A DNA stretch of 64,000 nucleotides, taken from assembly GCF_009914755.1 (NCBI RefSeq), contig NC_060925.1; one strand, given 5' to 3'. A model generated the notes under the pieces. The model was given only the letters and a program-made list of their open reading frames with translations, ran no database searches and was not told the DNA's origin. Source of the stretch: the human T2T-CHM13v2.0 reference genome, Homo sapiens. This document shows positions 1 to 64,000 of this stretch, one piece after another. Within the stretch, counting starts at the first letter, position 1. The number at the start of each line of letters is the position of its first letter. A program made the position numbers and the translations under genes.

Positions 1-1173
1 ACTCAGAGAAGCTACTGAGCCCTTTTCACACCTGGTTTCCTAATGGGATTTTCAGAGAATTTCAAACACCAAATGTACACATCTATCCAATCTGTTATTT
101 TTATATAAAGAACAACAAATGTCAAAAAAAAAGCTAAGCAACCTTTCACAGAAAGGAAGTGACTGAAAACACAGTAAGAAAAAGGAGCACAGGTATAGGC
201 AGGGAAAAATGCAATGACTGATGAGGATAGATTTCCACAGGCAGTGATACAAAAAATTCACCTTGATCTTTGATTTGAACTATGTGGTTGCTGCTTTGAT
301 TCTGGATGGTTTTACTTTACTCCTTGCATAGATTCCCCCACCCCAGTAAAAAAGTAGCTTGTTGAGAGACACCTGGGTTTGTTTCCATCTCTGGAAGCCA
401 GCACAGGTAAAGCAATATAAACTATTGATGATTCTTTGCTGGAGATGGATAAAACTAGCTATCTTCAAAAACCATGATTGATGACAATGAACCAATATTG
501 GAGGGAAACATGCAATGAGAGGAAAACAAGGGAAAACCCTGAATTGTTACAGCCCAGCTTCTTGAGCAAAACGTGGTATGAGAGGAAGAGAGGGCCTTCG
601 TTGTTCCCTTTCTGAAAATTTGAAATCTTTCAAGCACTTTCTTTTCTGCCCATCCTTTGCACACAATATGGAAATATAGGAGGTATCTGGGGAGAGGAGA
701 AGTTTAAAATGAGAGTATCCAACAAAAGCTTTCCTAGGATACCAGTAGCAAAATTTCAGATAAGAAGTCACTCAAAGACATGCATTGAGGACCGAAGGCA
801 AATGGGAGATAGGAAATGACATGTCAAAATGACGCTGGGTACAATGAAGTTAGATGAGCAAAACATAAGTATCTTTTCTCCAGCAACATAACTAAGCATC
901 AAAGTTTAAATGAGTCAAAATTCCTATCTGATGTCTTCACAAATCTTCATTCCTGAGAGTCTATTTGGACTTATGCTTGAAAGGGAAGGGAAGGTCGTAT
1001 ACTCTTCTTCCATAATTCACTTCTTCATTTAAACATAAAATTCACCCTCCCACCTCCTGGGTGGGAGGCACAGGCCTTTGTTTTAAATTAAAGTCAATTT
1101 TCAAATGACTGACCACAGTGTCCAGAGGCCACATGATGGCAAAGTGAGAAAGAATGAAGAACTTCGAAGGTCT
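1..1173 (-). other. RBBP5: RBBP5 3'UTR (probably continues past the left edge)
   Basis: Follows stop codon; repeat-free, AT-rich; no clear AATAAA seen in this part. Confidence 0.8.
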
Positions 1174-34253
<33,080 letters not shown>

Positions 34254-35642
34254 CCCTGCGGACTGTGGCCGCCCGGTCTCAGCTCCGGCAACAACACCTT
34301 CTCCCCGGCCGGCTTCAGCAACTTGCGTCTAAGTGGTGGACGCCGCGAAGAGACTGGCGCAAGCTCCGAAGACTTTCGGCCTTAGAAGGCCCCGCGGCTT
34401 CCGCTTTCTTCCCCCGCCTTCCTTGTTCGTTTCAGGTGGGCTGCCCAAATATATGCCTGACCAAAATCAAGCATACACTCTCTCGGAAACAATTAATTAT
34501 GATCTTTGCTGAGGTACAACAATGTTATCGTCACTAGGGACTTTAAATAGCGCGACAATTTAAGATTATTTGCTCCGGGAACATGTAGGTGAGGTAGAAA
34601 TTCCAGGCATACAGTTAACCTACTAGTTCTTGCCCTGTTGTGTGTTCAGCGGCGTTGTCCGGGCGGGCTACCTCAGACGCCGCAGGAAAGGTTCCGGACA
34701 AGTCCTGCTAATGCAAGAAACCAGGGAAGGTCGTCCCCTAGTGCTCGGGTGTGTAGCGCCGCTGACCTCACCAAGGCGCGTACTTACCCTGTATGTAGGT
34801 GGCGTTGCAGGGTGTTTCGGTCTCGTGAAAATTATTTCTCATTTGTAAAGATATGCTATTGATCCTACAGAAAGGTACGACAACATATGTTAGGCCTGTC
34901 TGTGTTAAGATAATAAAAACCTTATTATCTAAGGTTTTACCCTTTACCAAACAGTGTTGACAGGGACGCTGTGAAAAAGACTGTGAAAAAGAATTGGAAT
35001 GAGGGGTGGACTGAGTTTCCCGGAGCTCAGTCATACAGAACTCCAATGAAATACCCAAAGCAATTAGAGAAGTCCAGTTACTGGTATCTAGCGAAAGAGC
35101 AAATTTTATATGAACAAATTCCTACTATAAATGCTGTGGCTCATCAGAAAAAGGAAACAACGTCAAAGGCTCGCTGCAGAAAATAGTACTCGGGCTAGGT
35201 CTCCGACAATGGAAAAATACACATACACAAGTTTATTAATCGCAGTATTGTCTGCAATTGCAAACTTTTGGAAACAATAATGAAACTTTTGAACTAGGGA
35301 GCCCAGCATTTTCATGTTGCCCAGGGCCCTGCAAATTATGTAGCTAGTCCAGTCTGCCTCTACTTGACAAATTTGCAGAAAAAGCAGCCTCATTCACACA
35401 GTGCACCCTGTCCCTGGGCCCCAGTTGATTGCTCTTTCAGTAAGCCCCTGACCTAAGCTCAACCCAATTAAATTCCTTTCCCAAGAATTTGGAATGGGAA
35501 TTAAGTGGCCCCCACAGTCTGACACATCGATTGAAGAGAGTAAATGTGAATTAAGGAGCTATTTAAAGCGCCTAATAATAGATGGACACCATGGTAGTTG
35601 GCTGCAGGTTGCAGAATGAAGCAGAGGTCCAGAAACTAGTCA

Positions 35643-42575
<6,933 letters not shown>

Positions 42576-42625
42576 TCAGGGGAAAAAGAAAGAAAATTCT
42601 TAGAAGCACTTTATTAAGCACTTAA

Positions 42626-42844
<219 letters not shown>

Positions 42845-43897
42845 TAGGCTAGTCTCAAACTCCTGGACTCAAGCAATCTGCCCACCTCAGCCTTCCAGAG
42901 TGCTAGGATTACAGGCATGAGCCACTGTGCCTGACCTTAATTTATCTTTAGCACCAGGATACACTAAACTTTCTGGAGCTAGGAAACAAAAGACTATTAG
43001 CTAGAAGGAAAGGAAAATTGGAATATAGTGAGTTTCTCTCCAGTTCATTAATATCTTAAGGGAATGCCTAATCAATTCTTTGAACATAAGCTTCTTGAAG
43101 GCAAGCAGCCTACTCTGTTTTGTTTCCAAGTGTCTAGATTAGTGGTTGGCACACTATACATCCTCAATAAATAATTGTTGATCAATAAACAACCACAGGA
43201 ACAATTTATGAACTATAATTCTCATCCTAGGCTTTTTTTATTACTTTATGTTATTATCTAAAAACAGTACACAACCTTGAAACTAATTCACTGTACATTT
43301 TATAAGTGATAAAGACAAAATACCTAGCACATTCAAAGCCACGTGTTAGCTTATATTAATTGCGATCCAAACTTGCACACTGAGTTCAGCTCACCAATCC
43401 AGTTAATCAAGACAGATCAAAAGCCGATCAGGGAAGGCAGAGGAAAATGAAATGCAGACAGGTCCTATCTTTATTTAAAATTTTTTTTTCATCATGGCTT
43501 CTTTTTGGCATTAATTCTGACTTTTAAAAGTATTGAGTTTTGGAGTGCCCCCTTAAATTTTGCACGCCAAACAAGTGCCTCACTTGCCCCACAGCAGAGG
43601 CCTCAGACAACCCCACAATAAGCACCAGAGGAGGAATGCTCCTTCCGAGTCATACCAAATTAAGGTCAGAGGGCCAGGCCATTATAGCCTTGAATGACCA
43701 GCCATTGGACATTAACTGGTTTTGGCAAGGAGGCAACACCTTGTGAGAGCCAACTCGTATCTGCTGAAGGCAAAATCTGTGGAGAGGAACTTGGCTGTGA
43801 GCTATCAGCATCCAACACCCTTTCCAGCTGGGAGACATTCCTGACAGTTTGGTCCTTAAGGGGCAATATGGGAGGCACAACAACTTTTTAGTTCTGC

Positions 43898-43937
<40 letters not shown>

Positions 43938-43981
43938 TTGAGACAGAGTCTCGCTCTGTTGCCCAGGCTGGAGTGCAATGA

Positions 43982-44299
<318 letters not shown>

Positions 44300-44800
44300 T
44301 AAACAACAACAAAGACTGGGATATGAGGTCCTGTGGACCACAGTTTTACATCCTACTGAGGTAGGAGATGACCTTTCTGAAACCCCAATCCAGCCAGTCA
44401 TTTATTCCAGCTTCTATCCTATAAAAGTCCTCTCCCACCCTACAGACTGGTGAGCCTATCCCAGGGAACACAGCGCTTAGGCTGCAGATGGTGAGGGTAA
44501 GCGCCCCTCCCTCAGGTCTCTTAGGCAAAAGGGGAGTTGGTATTTAGGGTCAATGAGAGTAAAGGGCTGTTGATGAGTGTAGGAGGGTGGCTCAGACATC
44601 TCAGTTTAGAACCCCAGGCTGACTCGTTCTCATTCTTACCCTTTCTCCCTTTCCTGGGCAGGTCCTCAGATCCCTGACCCCCTAGGTGAAGTGGAGACAG
44701 CCCAAGGCAGCAACCTCTGGCCGGCATGCCTCCCAAGTGCTGCCGTGTCATCTGCACCAAGAAGGGTAAGTGGGGGTCCAGGCCGTGGGGAAACGGGCCC

Positions 44801-44980
44801 TGTCTTAAGTCAGCTCCACTGCCACAACACAATACCATAGAGTGGCTGAGTTAAACAACGGAAATTATCTCTCACAGTTCTGGAGTCTGGAAGTCCAGGA
44901 TCAAGGTGTTGATGGATTCAGTGTCTGGTGTGGGCCTAACTTCTGGTTCACAGACAGCGTCCTCCCTGCTGTATCCACCT
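44801..44980 (-). mobile_element. MaLR LTR fragment (MST/MLT1A-like)
   Basis: tctcacagttctggag.ctggaagtccaggatcaaggtg hallmark. Confidence 0.65.
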
Positions 44981-45053
44981 GATCCATCTGCTTCTCAGTC
45001 TACATCTTGCCTGAGGTCTTCTTGAGGGACTAGGACAGAGAGCAAGGGCATGA

Positions 45054-45708
<655 letters not shown>

Positions 45709-46654
45709 ATCTGAAGGTAATCAGTATCTTTATCCTTCTCTGAAAATATAGGGATCTTACAATATTTCAAAAGTTCACCCCCTCATTTGAGCCCCAGAGT
45801 TCAAGGCTGCAGTGAGGTATGATCATGCCACTGCACTCAGCTTTGGTCAACAGAGCAGAACCCCATCTCTAAAAAAAGGAAGAAAAACCTCTTGGCTGAG
45901 ATTCTTTTGCCTCAGAAGTTAGATATCATTATACATATTGCTTTATTTATGTATTTATTTGTTTGTTTGTTTGTTTGTTTTCTCGAGACAGAGTTTCACT
46001 CTGTTGCCCAGGCTGGAGTACAGTGGCACAATCTTGGCTCACTGCAGCCTCTGCCTCCTGAGTTCAAGTGATTCTCGTGCCTCAGCCTCCCTGAGTAGCT
46101 GAGATTACAGGCATGCGCCTCCATGCTTGGCTAATGTTTTTGTATTTTTTTGTATTTTTAGTAAAGACAGGTTTTCACCATGTTGGTCAGGCTGGTCTCG
46201 AACTCCTGACCTCAAGGGATCCTCCCGCCACAGCCTCTCAAAGTGCTGGGATTACAGGCCCATTACATGCCCGACCTGATATCATTATACATTTTTTTTT
46301 ATATATAACCAATGTGTGTTTAGATTTAGCCATCCATTTACTGTTTTCTTCGCTTACCATTCATTCCTGCATGTCAGGCCTCTCTAGGTTCATGGTTTCC
46401 TTTTTCCTAAAATACATCTTTTACATGAGTATTAATGAAAATCAGTTTGTAAATTATTTCAACTTTTGATTTTTAAAAAATGTTTTAATTTTTATCCTCA
46501 TTCTTGGAGTATACATCAGCTAAGCATATACTTACAGGTTGGTATTTCTTTTCTATCGCCACTTTGGAGATGTTATTTAAAAGACAAGACAGGGCCTGGC
46601 GCAGTGGCTCACACCTGTAATCCAGCACTTTGGGAGGCCTAGGCAGGCGGATCA

Positions 46655-48509
<1,855 letters not shown>

Positions 48510-48589
48510 TAGCCATTAACTATCAAAGTTTTATAATTCACTATGAGTAAACTGTTTAATATTTTCAATTAAAACTGATAGCCTCCTGA

Positions 48590-48772
<183 letters not shown>

Positions 48773-49217
48773 TAAAATTTTTTGTAGAGACAGGTCTCAC
48801 TATTTTACCCAGGCTGGTCTTGTACTTCTGAGCTCAAATGATCCTACCACCTTGGCCTGCCAAAGTGCTGAGATTACAGGTGTGACCCACCATGCCTGAC
48901 CACACTTGCAAATTTAAAAACATACCTCTGTAAAACTCACCTCAACCTCCTGGGCTCAGTCAGTCCTCCCACTTCAGCCTCCCACGTAGCTAGGACTACA
49001 GGCACACACCATACAATGCCTGGCTAAATAATATCATTTTTATAAAGCACAAACACAGGCAAAACCAACGTATATATTGTTTAGAGCTACACATACATTT
49101 GGAAATACTTTTCTTAAAAAAAAAAAAACAAGAGAATGGGCCAGAGGTGGTGGCTCACACATGTAATCCCAGCACTTTGGGAAGCCGAGGCGGGTGGATC
49201 ACGAGGTCAGGAGTTCA

Positions 49218-49463
<246 letters not shown>

Positions 49464-49573
49464 CTAGGGATGGGAGAAAGGCAGGGAGGTGCCGGAACTG
49501 GCATATGGGAGAATCACACAGGGGCTTCCAAACCATGGCAGTGTTCTGGCCCACAAATTGCACAGTAAATTCA

Positions 49574-49936
<363 letters not shown>

Positions 49937-51026
49937 CTATTGCCCAGGCTGGAGTGCAGTGGTGCAATGTCAGCTCACTGCAACCTCTGCCTCCTGGGTT
50001 AAATTAATTCTCCCTGCCTCATTCTCCTGAGTAGCTGGGATTACAGGCACCCGCCACCACACTCATCTAATTTTTGTATTTTTAGTAGAGATGGGGTTTG
50101 GCCATGTTGGCCAGGCTGGTCTCGAACTCCTGACCTCAGATGATCTGCCCGCCTCGGCCTCCCAAAGTGCTGGGATTACAGGCATGAGCCATCACACCCG
50201 GCCGCATCAAAATATATGAGGATGTTACATCTACTCCTTTGCCAGTATCTATAATTTTTAAAAATTGTAAGCAAATCCTGCTCAGTAAAATGTCTTAGAC
50301 TAACCATCGTGTTTCTCTATGGTCCCAGCTTAGAACCTGGAGCAGTTCCCCTTATTTTCAGAGCCAGTGGCTTCACATTGAGCCTGACATTTGCCTCTTA
50401 AACTCCTGCTTCCACACATAGAAAGGCTCTGAGTTAGCCTTTACCTAGATGCTTGAGGGTCTTTGTGATTCATGGGGAAGCCATGCTGAGAAAATAAGGG
50501 ACGAAGGAAAGAGAGAGGAAATAGAAGCCAAGGCAGTCTTCATAGGTTGAAAAATACTCCAGAGATTTAGAAATGTCCTTCCCAGAGACCAAGTTGTGGC
50601 CTCTCTGTGTCAGGCCCCAATCTGTCAATCTTCTTTCACGACCTTGCCTCCCAGTAGTGCCAGAAGGGTGGCTGTGGAGGTCAAGGAGCCCAAGAGGTGA
50701 ACTGTAGTGACCATGTGTCACCTGGCGCCTGTCCTGAATTTAGGTCCCTTTTCTAACTGCTGCTTGATTACTTTTCAGGAGTTATATCTCCTCCAATGAA
50801 TGTAATTTTTAGTGAGCAGGCAAATTTAGGTGCCTGCCTCCCATCATGGAATCTGAAGGGGACAGATCCTTCCAGTTCTGAACCAGTAAAGCTAGAAGAT
50901 GGGCCTGGGACCTATGCTGGGCCAGTCGAGAAAACGCGCCCTGGCTGCTAACTCATGAGGGAGTAAAGATGGTTCATCATAGCCTTAGACAGGCCTTTGC
51001 AAAAGCTTGCAAAGCTGCTCTGGTTC

Positions 51027-51467
51027 TAAGGGAGGAGACCACCCCTCATATTGTCTTGTGCCCAATTTCTGCCTCCAAAGAAAGAAGAAGTAAAAACTAA
51101 AAGGCAGAAATGAAATCCACAAGCAGACAGCCTGGCGCCACACCCTGGGCCTGGCAGTTAAAGATCGACCCCTGACCTAATTGGTTATTTGCATAAAAAA
51201 GGCACTGTGAAGATCCTGTCCTGTTCAGTTCCTTTCTAATTACCGGTGTATGCAGCCCCCAGTCACGTACCCCCTGCTTGCTCAATCGATCACGACCCTC
51301 TCACGTGGACCCTCTTAGAGTTGTGAGCCCTTAAAAGGGACAGGAATTGCTCACTCGGGGAGCTCGGCTCTTGAGACAGGAGTCTTGCCGATGCTCCCGG
51401 CCGAATAAACCCCTTCCTTCTTTAACTCGGTGTCTGAGGGGTTTTGTCTGTGGCTGTTCCTGCTACC
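51027..51467 (+). mobile_element. Solo LTR, LTR2 family (HERV-E/Harlequin, ERV1)
   Basis: Starts TAAGGGAGGAGACCACCCCTCATATTGTC, ends CCTGCTAC; TATA-like CTTAAAAG ~51330; AATAAA 51404-51409; imperfect 4-bp TSD gttc/ggtc. Confidence 0.88.
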
Positions 51468-51734
51468 GGTCCTGCCTACTGATTCTGTGAGTCTGATCTT
51501 CCAGTTCTAGTTGTTGATTTTTTGAGGCACTAGTATTTTTCCAATACATATTTCCTTCCTCCTAAATTAGCCAGGATTCATTTTCTAGATGTTCATAGCA
51601 GATAAACAATACAGTAACAGAAAGTCCATACTCTAAAAGTTGGAAGTTGCCTCTTTAGGAAAATCACTATTATCAGTTTGATTTATACATTTACAAATTT
51701 TTTTTTCTGTGCACTATACATGCAGATGGGCTAA

Positions 51735-54033
<2,299 letters not shown>

Positions 54034-54168
54034 GGCTTATCTGCATTATTAGCATTAACTAACTGAGCTAACCGGCTTCAGTTGCATTAAATGAATACTG
54101 TGTCGGTATAGGCTGAGAACCAGCGAGATCAACCTCAAGGAGCAGGAATACACCAGCTACTTAAGATG

Positions 54169-54187
54169 TGCTGCCACCTGCTGGCTA
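54169..54187 (-). promoter_or_regulatory. CTCF binding motif
   Basis: TAGCCAGCAGGTGGCAGCA closely matches CTCF core; CTGCAA upstream module at 54196-54201. Confidence 0.7.
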
Positions 54188-54834
54188 ACCTTGTGTTGCA
54201 GTCAAACCAAAAGTACTTACAGCAAAAAATGACAGCCACACAAGCCGGACATGGTATGATAACAAAAAACAAACCAAAGCAAACGCACCTCGTGCTGCAC
54301 GCTGACCTTCCCTGGTGACTAGAAGTGGTGCCTGTCTCTTGGCGGTGGCCCATGGTGGTGCCTGTCAGGCACTGCTGAGCAAGCAAATCTCAGCACTGGG
54401 GTGAGCCTAAATAGAAAATGCAAAATACACTACATGCAGATAGGCCAGCGTAAGATTATGTGCCCAGTTCCCTCACCATGTATTATAATAGAGTAGCTAG
54501 GCTCATATATGAACTCACAATGCTGCAGGTTCGTGCTTAAAAGAAGCTGGAAAAAAGCATGTCACCCAGGATAGGCTCTGGAAGATACATGACTATCATC
54601 TCACCCCTTTTCTCCACTATCCTATCTCCCATTCCCTTGCCCCACCCTTCAGTAGTGATGATGTAAAGTACCCAGAGGCCAAGAGCCATGGTGGCTGGGG
54701 AGGGCCCCTGATGGGAGAGGAACATGTTCCATCCATCTCTCCTAAGGCAAACTGAAAGACATCTGACTGAAGGTCACCAGTGGAAATGGAATGGATTAGG
54801 GAACGTCCTGTTACTATGGGTAGTGAGGTAAGGG

Positions 54835-54861
54835 AAAACCAAAACCAAACAGATAGAAACC

Positions 54862-54885
<24 letters not shown>
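54835..54885 (-). terminator. DSTYK distal polyadenylation signal
   Basis: Minus strand AATAAA then ...gttttaggtttctatctgtttggttttggtttt. Confidence 0.75.
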
Positions 54886-59917
<5,032 letters not shown>

Positions 59918-60105
59918 TCAAGTAGAATCATCTAGTCCTCTGTTTGGCTGCTCAGAATTGGACTTGCAGAGCCGATTCATGATGCCCTGGAGCATGGGCT
60001 GGACAATGCCCAAGAGAGGCCTCTTCAAGGGGTCGCCATCCCAACAGGCTTCCATCAACTGCCAGCACTCCTCATCAAACACAGGAAGACGTTCTGGGCG
60101 AGCCC
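59918..60105 (-). CDS. DSTYK: DSTYK last coding exon (ARPERLP...[10 protein letters not shown]...GLDDST*)
   Basis: tctag|GGGCT...TGA; subdomain XI; ORF 59918..60178. Confidence 0.95.
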
Positions 60106-60565
60106 CTAGAGAAAGGAGCATGGAAACAAGATCACAGTGAGAGGGACCCAGCACAACAAAGAGGCATGACCAGCTCAAAGGCTGACTTCCCAGTGGGGCT
60201 CAGAATACTAAGAATGCAAGGAGTTTTGACTTCGATTGCAAACATCTAGGTTAGAACCTAACAGTAAGAGCAATTAAAAAAAAAAAAGAAAGAAAGAAAA
60301 AGAAAAGAAAAACTGGAACACATTAGCATATGAAGTTGAAGAATCGGACATTTTTTAAAAAAGACTTTTCGAGATAGTTCAATAGAGAGTTGACTTGAAG
60401 CAAAGGTTGACTTAAATATCTTTTCTGGATTCATGACAGTTTAAACGTATCTACGGCCCTGCTATGGAGTGGCCAGATGGGATGACAGGAGACCCGGTGA
60501 CATTGCCTGGGCTCAGTCTGCGCTAGCCAGGGGAGTTAGGACAAGGTAGTACTTGTGGCTCTTAC

Positions 60566-60700
60566 CCCTCCGCACATTGTTCCAGAGATGGTCTTTGCTA
60601 GCACACCTCTCAAATGCCTCAGGGAGCTTGACAGAGCCTGAGCAGATATACCAGAAAAGAATTCCAAAAGCGTAGACATCCACGGAATTATCGTACTTCC
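60566..60700 (-). CDS. DSTYK: DSTYK penultimate exon ([16 protein letters not shown]...NNVRR; subdomains IX-X)
   Basis: atcag|GGAAG...AGGG|gtaaga; 135 nt, phase 1-1; ORF 60513..60755. Confidence 0.95.
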
Positions 60701-61224
60701 CTGATGGCAAGAAAGGATGAAACGTAATGAGCCACAGAGAGTCAGGCAGCAGCATCTACACCACCTTGCCTCAGTAGAGGGTTGGCTTTTTCCAAAGCTT
60801 TTAACAACTATTATCTCTCAATAACAACCCTGCCAGGTAGGCAGGGTACATTTATAATGCCCATTTTACAATACAATCAACTAAGACATTGGGAGGTCAC
60901 AGCTCAATACTAAGAGAGCCAAGCCTAGAACTTGACAAAGGAGAAGGAAAATAAGGCCTTTCATTCTGCTAGGACAGTCAAAAAGATTAATCACAAAAGG
61001 TCATATTAGGGAAATAAAGTTGGAAATACAGGTGGGTAGGTATGTTGGAACCAGAATATAATAATTTTTAAAGTCAGGTAGAAGAGTCTGGATTCAGTGA
61101 GAAGCAGGAAGTCATTTATGTTTTAGAGTAGGAGGTGACATGAAGAATATAATATTTTAGAAAGATGATTCCAACAGCAATAGGGTGGACTGTAATAGAA
61201 ACAATAAAAGAAATTTAAGTATGA

Positions 61225-61562
<338 letters not shown>

Positions 61563-63040
61563 AAAGTTGTTTTTTTTTTAAGTAAATCAAGAGAAAGAAA
61601 AATGATGACTATCTACTTGGTTCAGATGTTGAGTACGACTACAGCTGTCTCACTAACACCTAATCCTTACATGCATCACCCAGTGAAGGGCTGGGGGAAG
61701 ACTCGTACATGAAATGAAAGAAATTTAAATATATTGCTAATTTTAACTCTTACCAATACTAATGACTGACCAGGGACTACCTTTCTATCTTCGCTGGCAA
61801 TGGAACAATCATTCCCATCACTTGGGCTCAAAACCGTGGAGTCATCTTTTAGTCATTCTTTTCTGTTCACTAACCATATCAAGTTAGCACCAAAATTTTG
61901 TTCATTCTTCCTCTGAATTAATCTCAAATTTCTCACGTTTGTTTGTTTTAGCACTAACACCAGCTTAATCATGGAGGCAACCATAGAAGACCAGCTATCT
62001 AGTCTTACCTTGGTTCTTCCCAAATCATCTTTACCTACTGTTGCTAAAGCTCATCTTCTATCAACATTTTCCTCTGTCCCCTACTCAAAAGCTCAGTAGC
62101 TCCTTAAGTCTTGCACAACAAGCCTTGATTCTTCTGTGGGAATTTCAAACTCAATGTATTTTATCTCCAACCTTGTTTGCTACTATTCCCCAAATGGATT
62201 TCTTTCCTGTCATGCTTATTTCTATTCTGTGATTTTCTTCATTATTTCCCCTTCTTTAGCCTCCAGAATTTTCTCTCCTTCATGCTACAGGGTTATACTA
62301 TGGAGACAGAAAGTCCTAGTCTTAAATCATAGCTCCATTACCTTTTAGCTCAATGGTTTTGGGAGTAGGTTTCTTCATCAATCTGGTCTCAATTTTATCC
62401 ATTGAATGGACATAAAAATACATCATCGTCACAGAATTAAACAAAATATGTGAAAAACCTACCCATACTGCTTAGGTCAAGGTATATACTTAATAAATGA
62501 GTTCCCTTCTCACCTACCAATTTCCCAAATCTGACTCAAGTTCTATTCAAAATCTCACCTCCATCACAAAACCACCAAACATTTCCACCTTCATTTATTC
62601 CTTCTCTAAACACCAACAGTACATTATATAGCACTTAATTTAGCACTTAATCATACGTTGTGTTGTACTGCTTCCTATTTTACCTCTTAATATATCTCTA
62701 TGTCAACGGTAAGTTCTTTAATGATAGAGGACAACTCCTATCACACAGGAGTTATTCAATCAATACTTTATGATTAAATAATTGGCTGATTATGGCAGTT
62801 ATGGCACTAATAACCGAGAGAGATGTCCAAATGGTGATTCCCATTTGTACTTTTTCTTTCTTACTCCTTTACCTCTTCACTTTCCCTGCTACTTGCCTTA
62901 GGTAGGTCTCCCCTGATCTGGTTTCTCCCTTGCCTGTGCCAGACCTGCCAGTAGTGATTGTGGAAACGAGCTCAAGGGGTAGCACTCAGGATTAAAGTAG
63001 TACGCCCTGCCCAGACCCACTGCCTGCCCTCCAGCCTTAC

Positions 63041-63155
63041 CTGTGAAAAGTTCAGGGGCCATATGGATTGGTGTCCCCACAATGCTGCCTGACATCATGG
63101 CCTCTGGCTTGCAGAATCCTAAGTCAGTGATCTTGGCACGGTTCTGCTTATCCAG
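63041..63155 (-). CDS. DSTYK: DSTYK kinase exon ([38 protein letters not shown]; subdomains VII-VIII)
   Basis: ggcag|CTG...ACAG|gtaagg; DLG and GTPxxMAPE motifs; ORF 62898..63203. Confidence 0.95.
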
Positions 63156-63254
63156 CTGCCAACAAAGCAGGGCAAGAGTCACCTTGTTTCTGATCCTGCA
63201 CACAGCACTGCTGCGTACCTAAGCTCAAAGGTAGGTACCTCAAAGTAGTGTCAC

Positions 63255-63820
63255 TGGATAGGATTATGCTCTGAAAATGAGTTGTCAGGTGATTTCATCC
63301 TTGTACAAACACCAGACTGTGCTTACACCAACCCAGATGGTATACCTGCTACACACCTAGTATGGTCTTTTGCTACTAGGCTACAAACCTGTACAGCGTA
63401 TTACTGTACTGAATACCATAGGCAACTGTAACACAATGGTATTTGTGTATCTAAACATACTTAAACATAGAAAAGGTACAGTAAGAATATGGTATAAAAG
63501 ATAAAAAATGGTATACCTGTAGAGGGCATTTACAATGAATGGAGCTCGCAGAAGTGGAAGTTGCTCTGGGTGAGTCAGTGAGTGAGTGGTGAGTGAATGT
63601 GAAGGCCTAGGACGTTACTGTACACCACTGTAGGCTTTATAAACACTGTATATTTAGGCTACACTAAATTTATTTTTAAAAGCTTTTCTTCAATAATAAA
63701 TCAACCTCTACTTACTGTAGTTTTACTTTATAAACTTTTTAATTTTTTAAGCTTTTTGTTTGACTCTTTTGTAATAAACACTTAGCTTACAACACACATT
63801 GTATAGCTGTACAAAAATAG
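63255..63820 (+). mobile_element. Tigger3/MER7 (TcMar) DNA transposon fragment
   Basis: ctaggctacaaacctgtacagc.tattactgtactgaatac...gtgagtcagtgagtgagtggtgagtgaatgtgaaggcctaggac. Confidence 0.75.
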
Positions 63821-63824
63821 TGGC

Positions 63825-64000
63825 TTTTTGTTGTTGTTGTTGTTGTTTTAAAGAGACAGGGTTGTGCTCTGTCGTCCAGGCTGGAGTGCAGTGGCACAAT
63901 CATAGCTCAAGGCAGCCTTGAACTTCTAGGCTCTTCCCACCTCGGCTTCCTGACAGCTAAGACTATAGTTGTATGCCACCATGCCTGGCTAATTTTTTGA
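63825..64000 (-). mobile_element. AluJ-like, truncated by window edge
   Basis: Alu right arm. Confidence 0.75.

Overview
Mammalian, almost certainly human, genomic DNA; RBBP5 next to DSTYK is the human chr1q32 arrangement. The minus strand carries the complete 14-exon coding region of RBBP5 (ATG 34253, stop 1174). Splicing by hand gives 1617 nt = 538 aa + stop with all-GT/AG introns, and the promoter lies in a CpG-rich segment at ~34.05-34.85 kb. The right end holds the last three coding exons of the kinase DSTYK (minus strand) and its ~5 kb 3'UTR, ending near AATAAA at 54880-54885. Between the genes are a decayed processed pseudogene of SPCS1 (~46.9-48.2 kb, +), a solo HERV-E-type LTR2 (51027-51467), an ERV1 internal remnant with integrase traces, MaLR LTRs and a strong CTCF motif (54169-54187). 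Alus are very dense (several dozen) and account for most ORF-track hits. The least explained signal is a non-repetitive ~640-nt block in RBBP5 intron 13 (3343-3986). It has a branch point and acceptor in phase with exon 13 and a 214-codon frame broken only by TAG/TGA, suggesting a fossil or cryptic alternative terminal exon. No prokaryote-type system (CRISPR, operon) is present.
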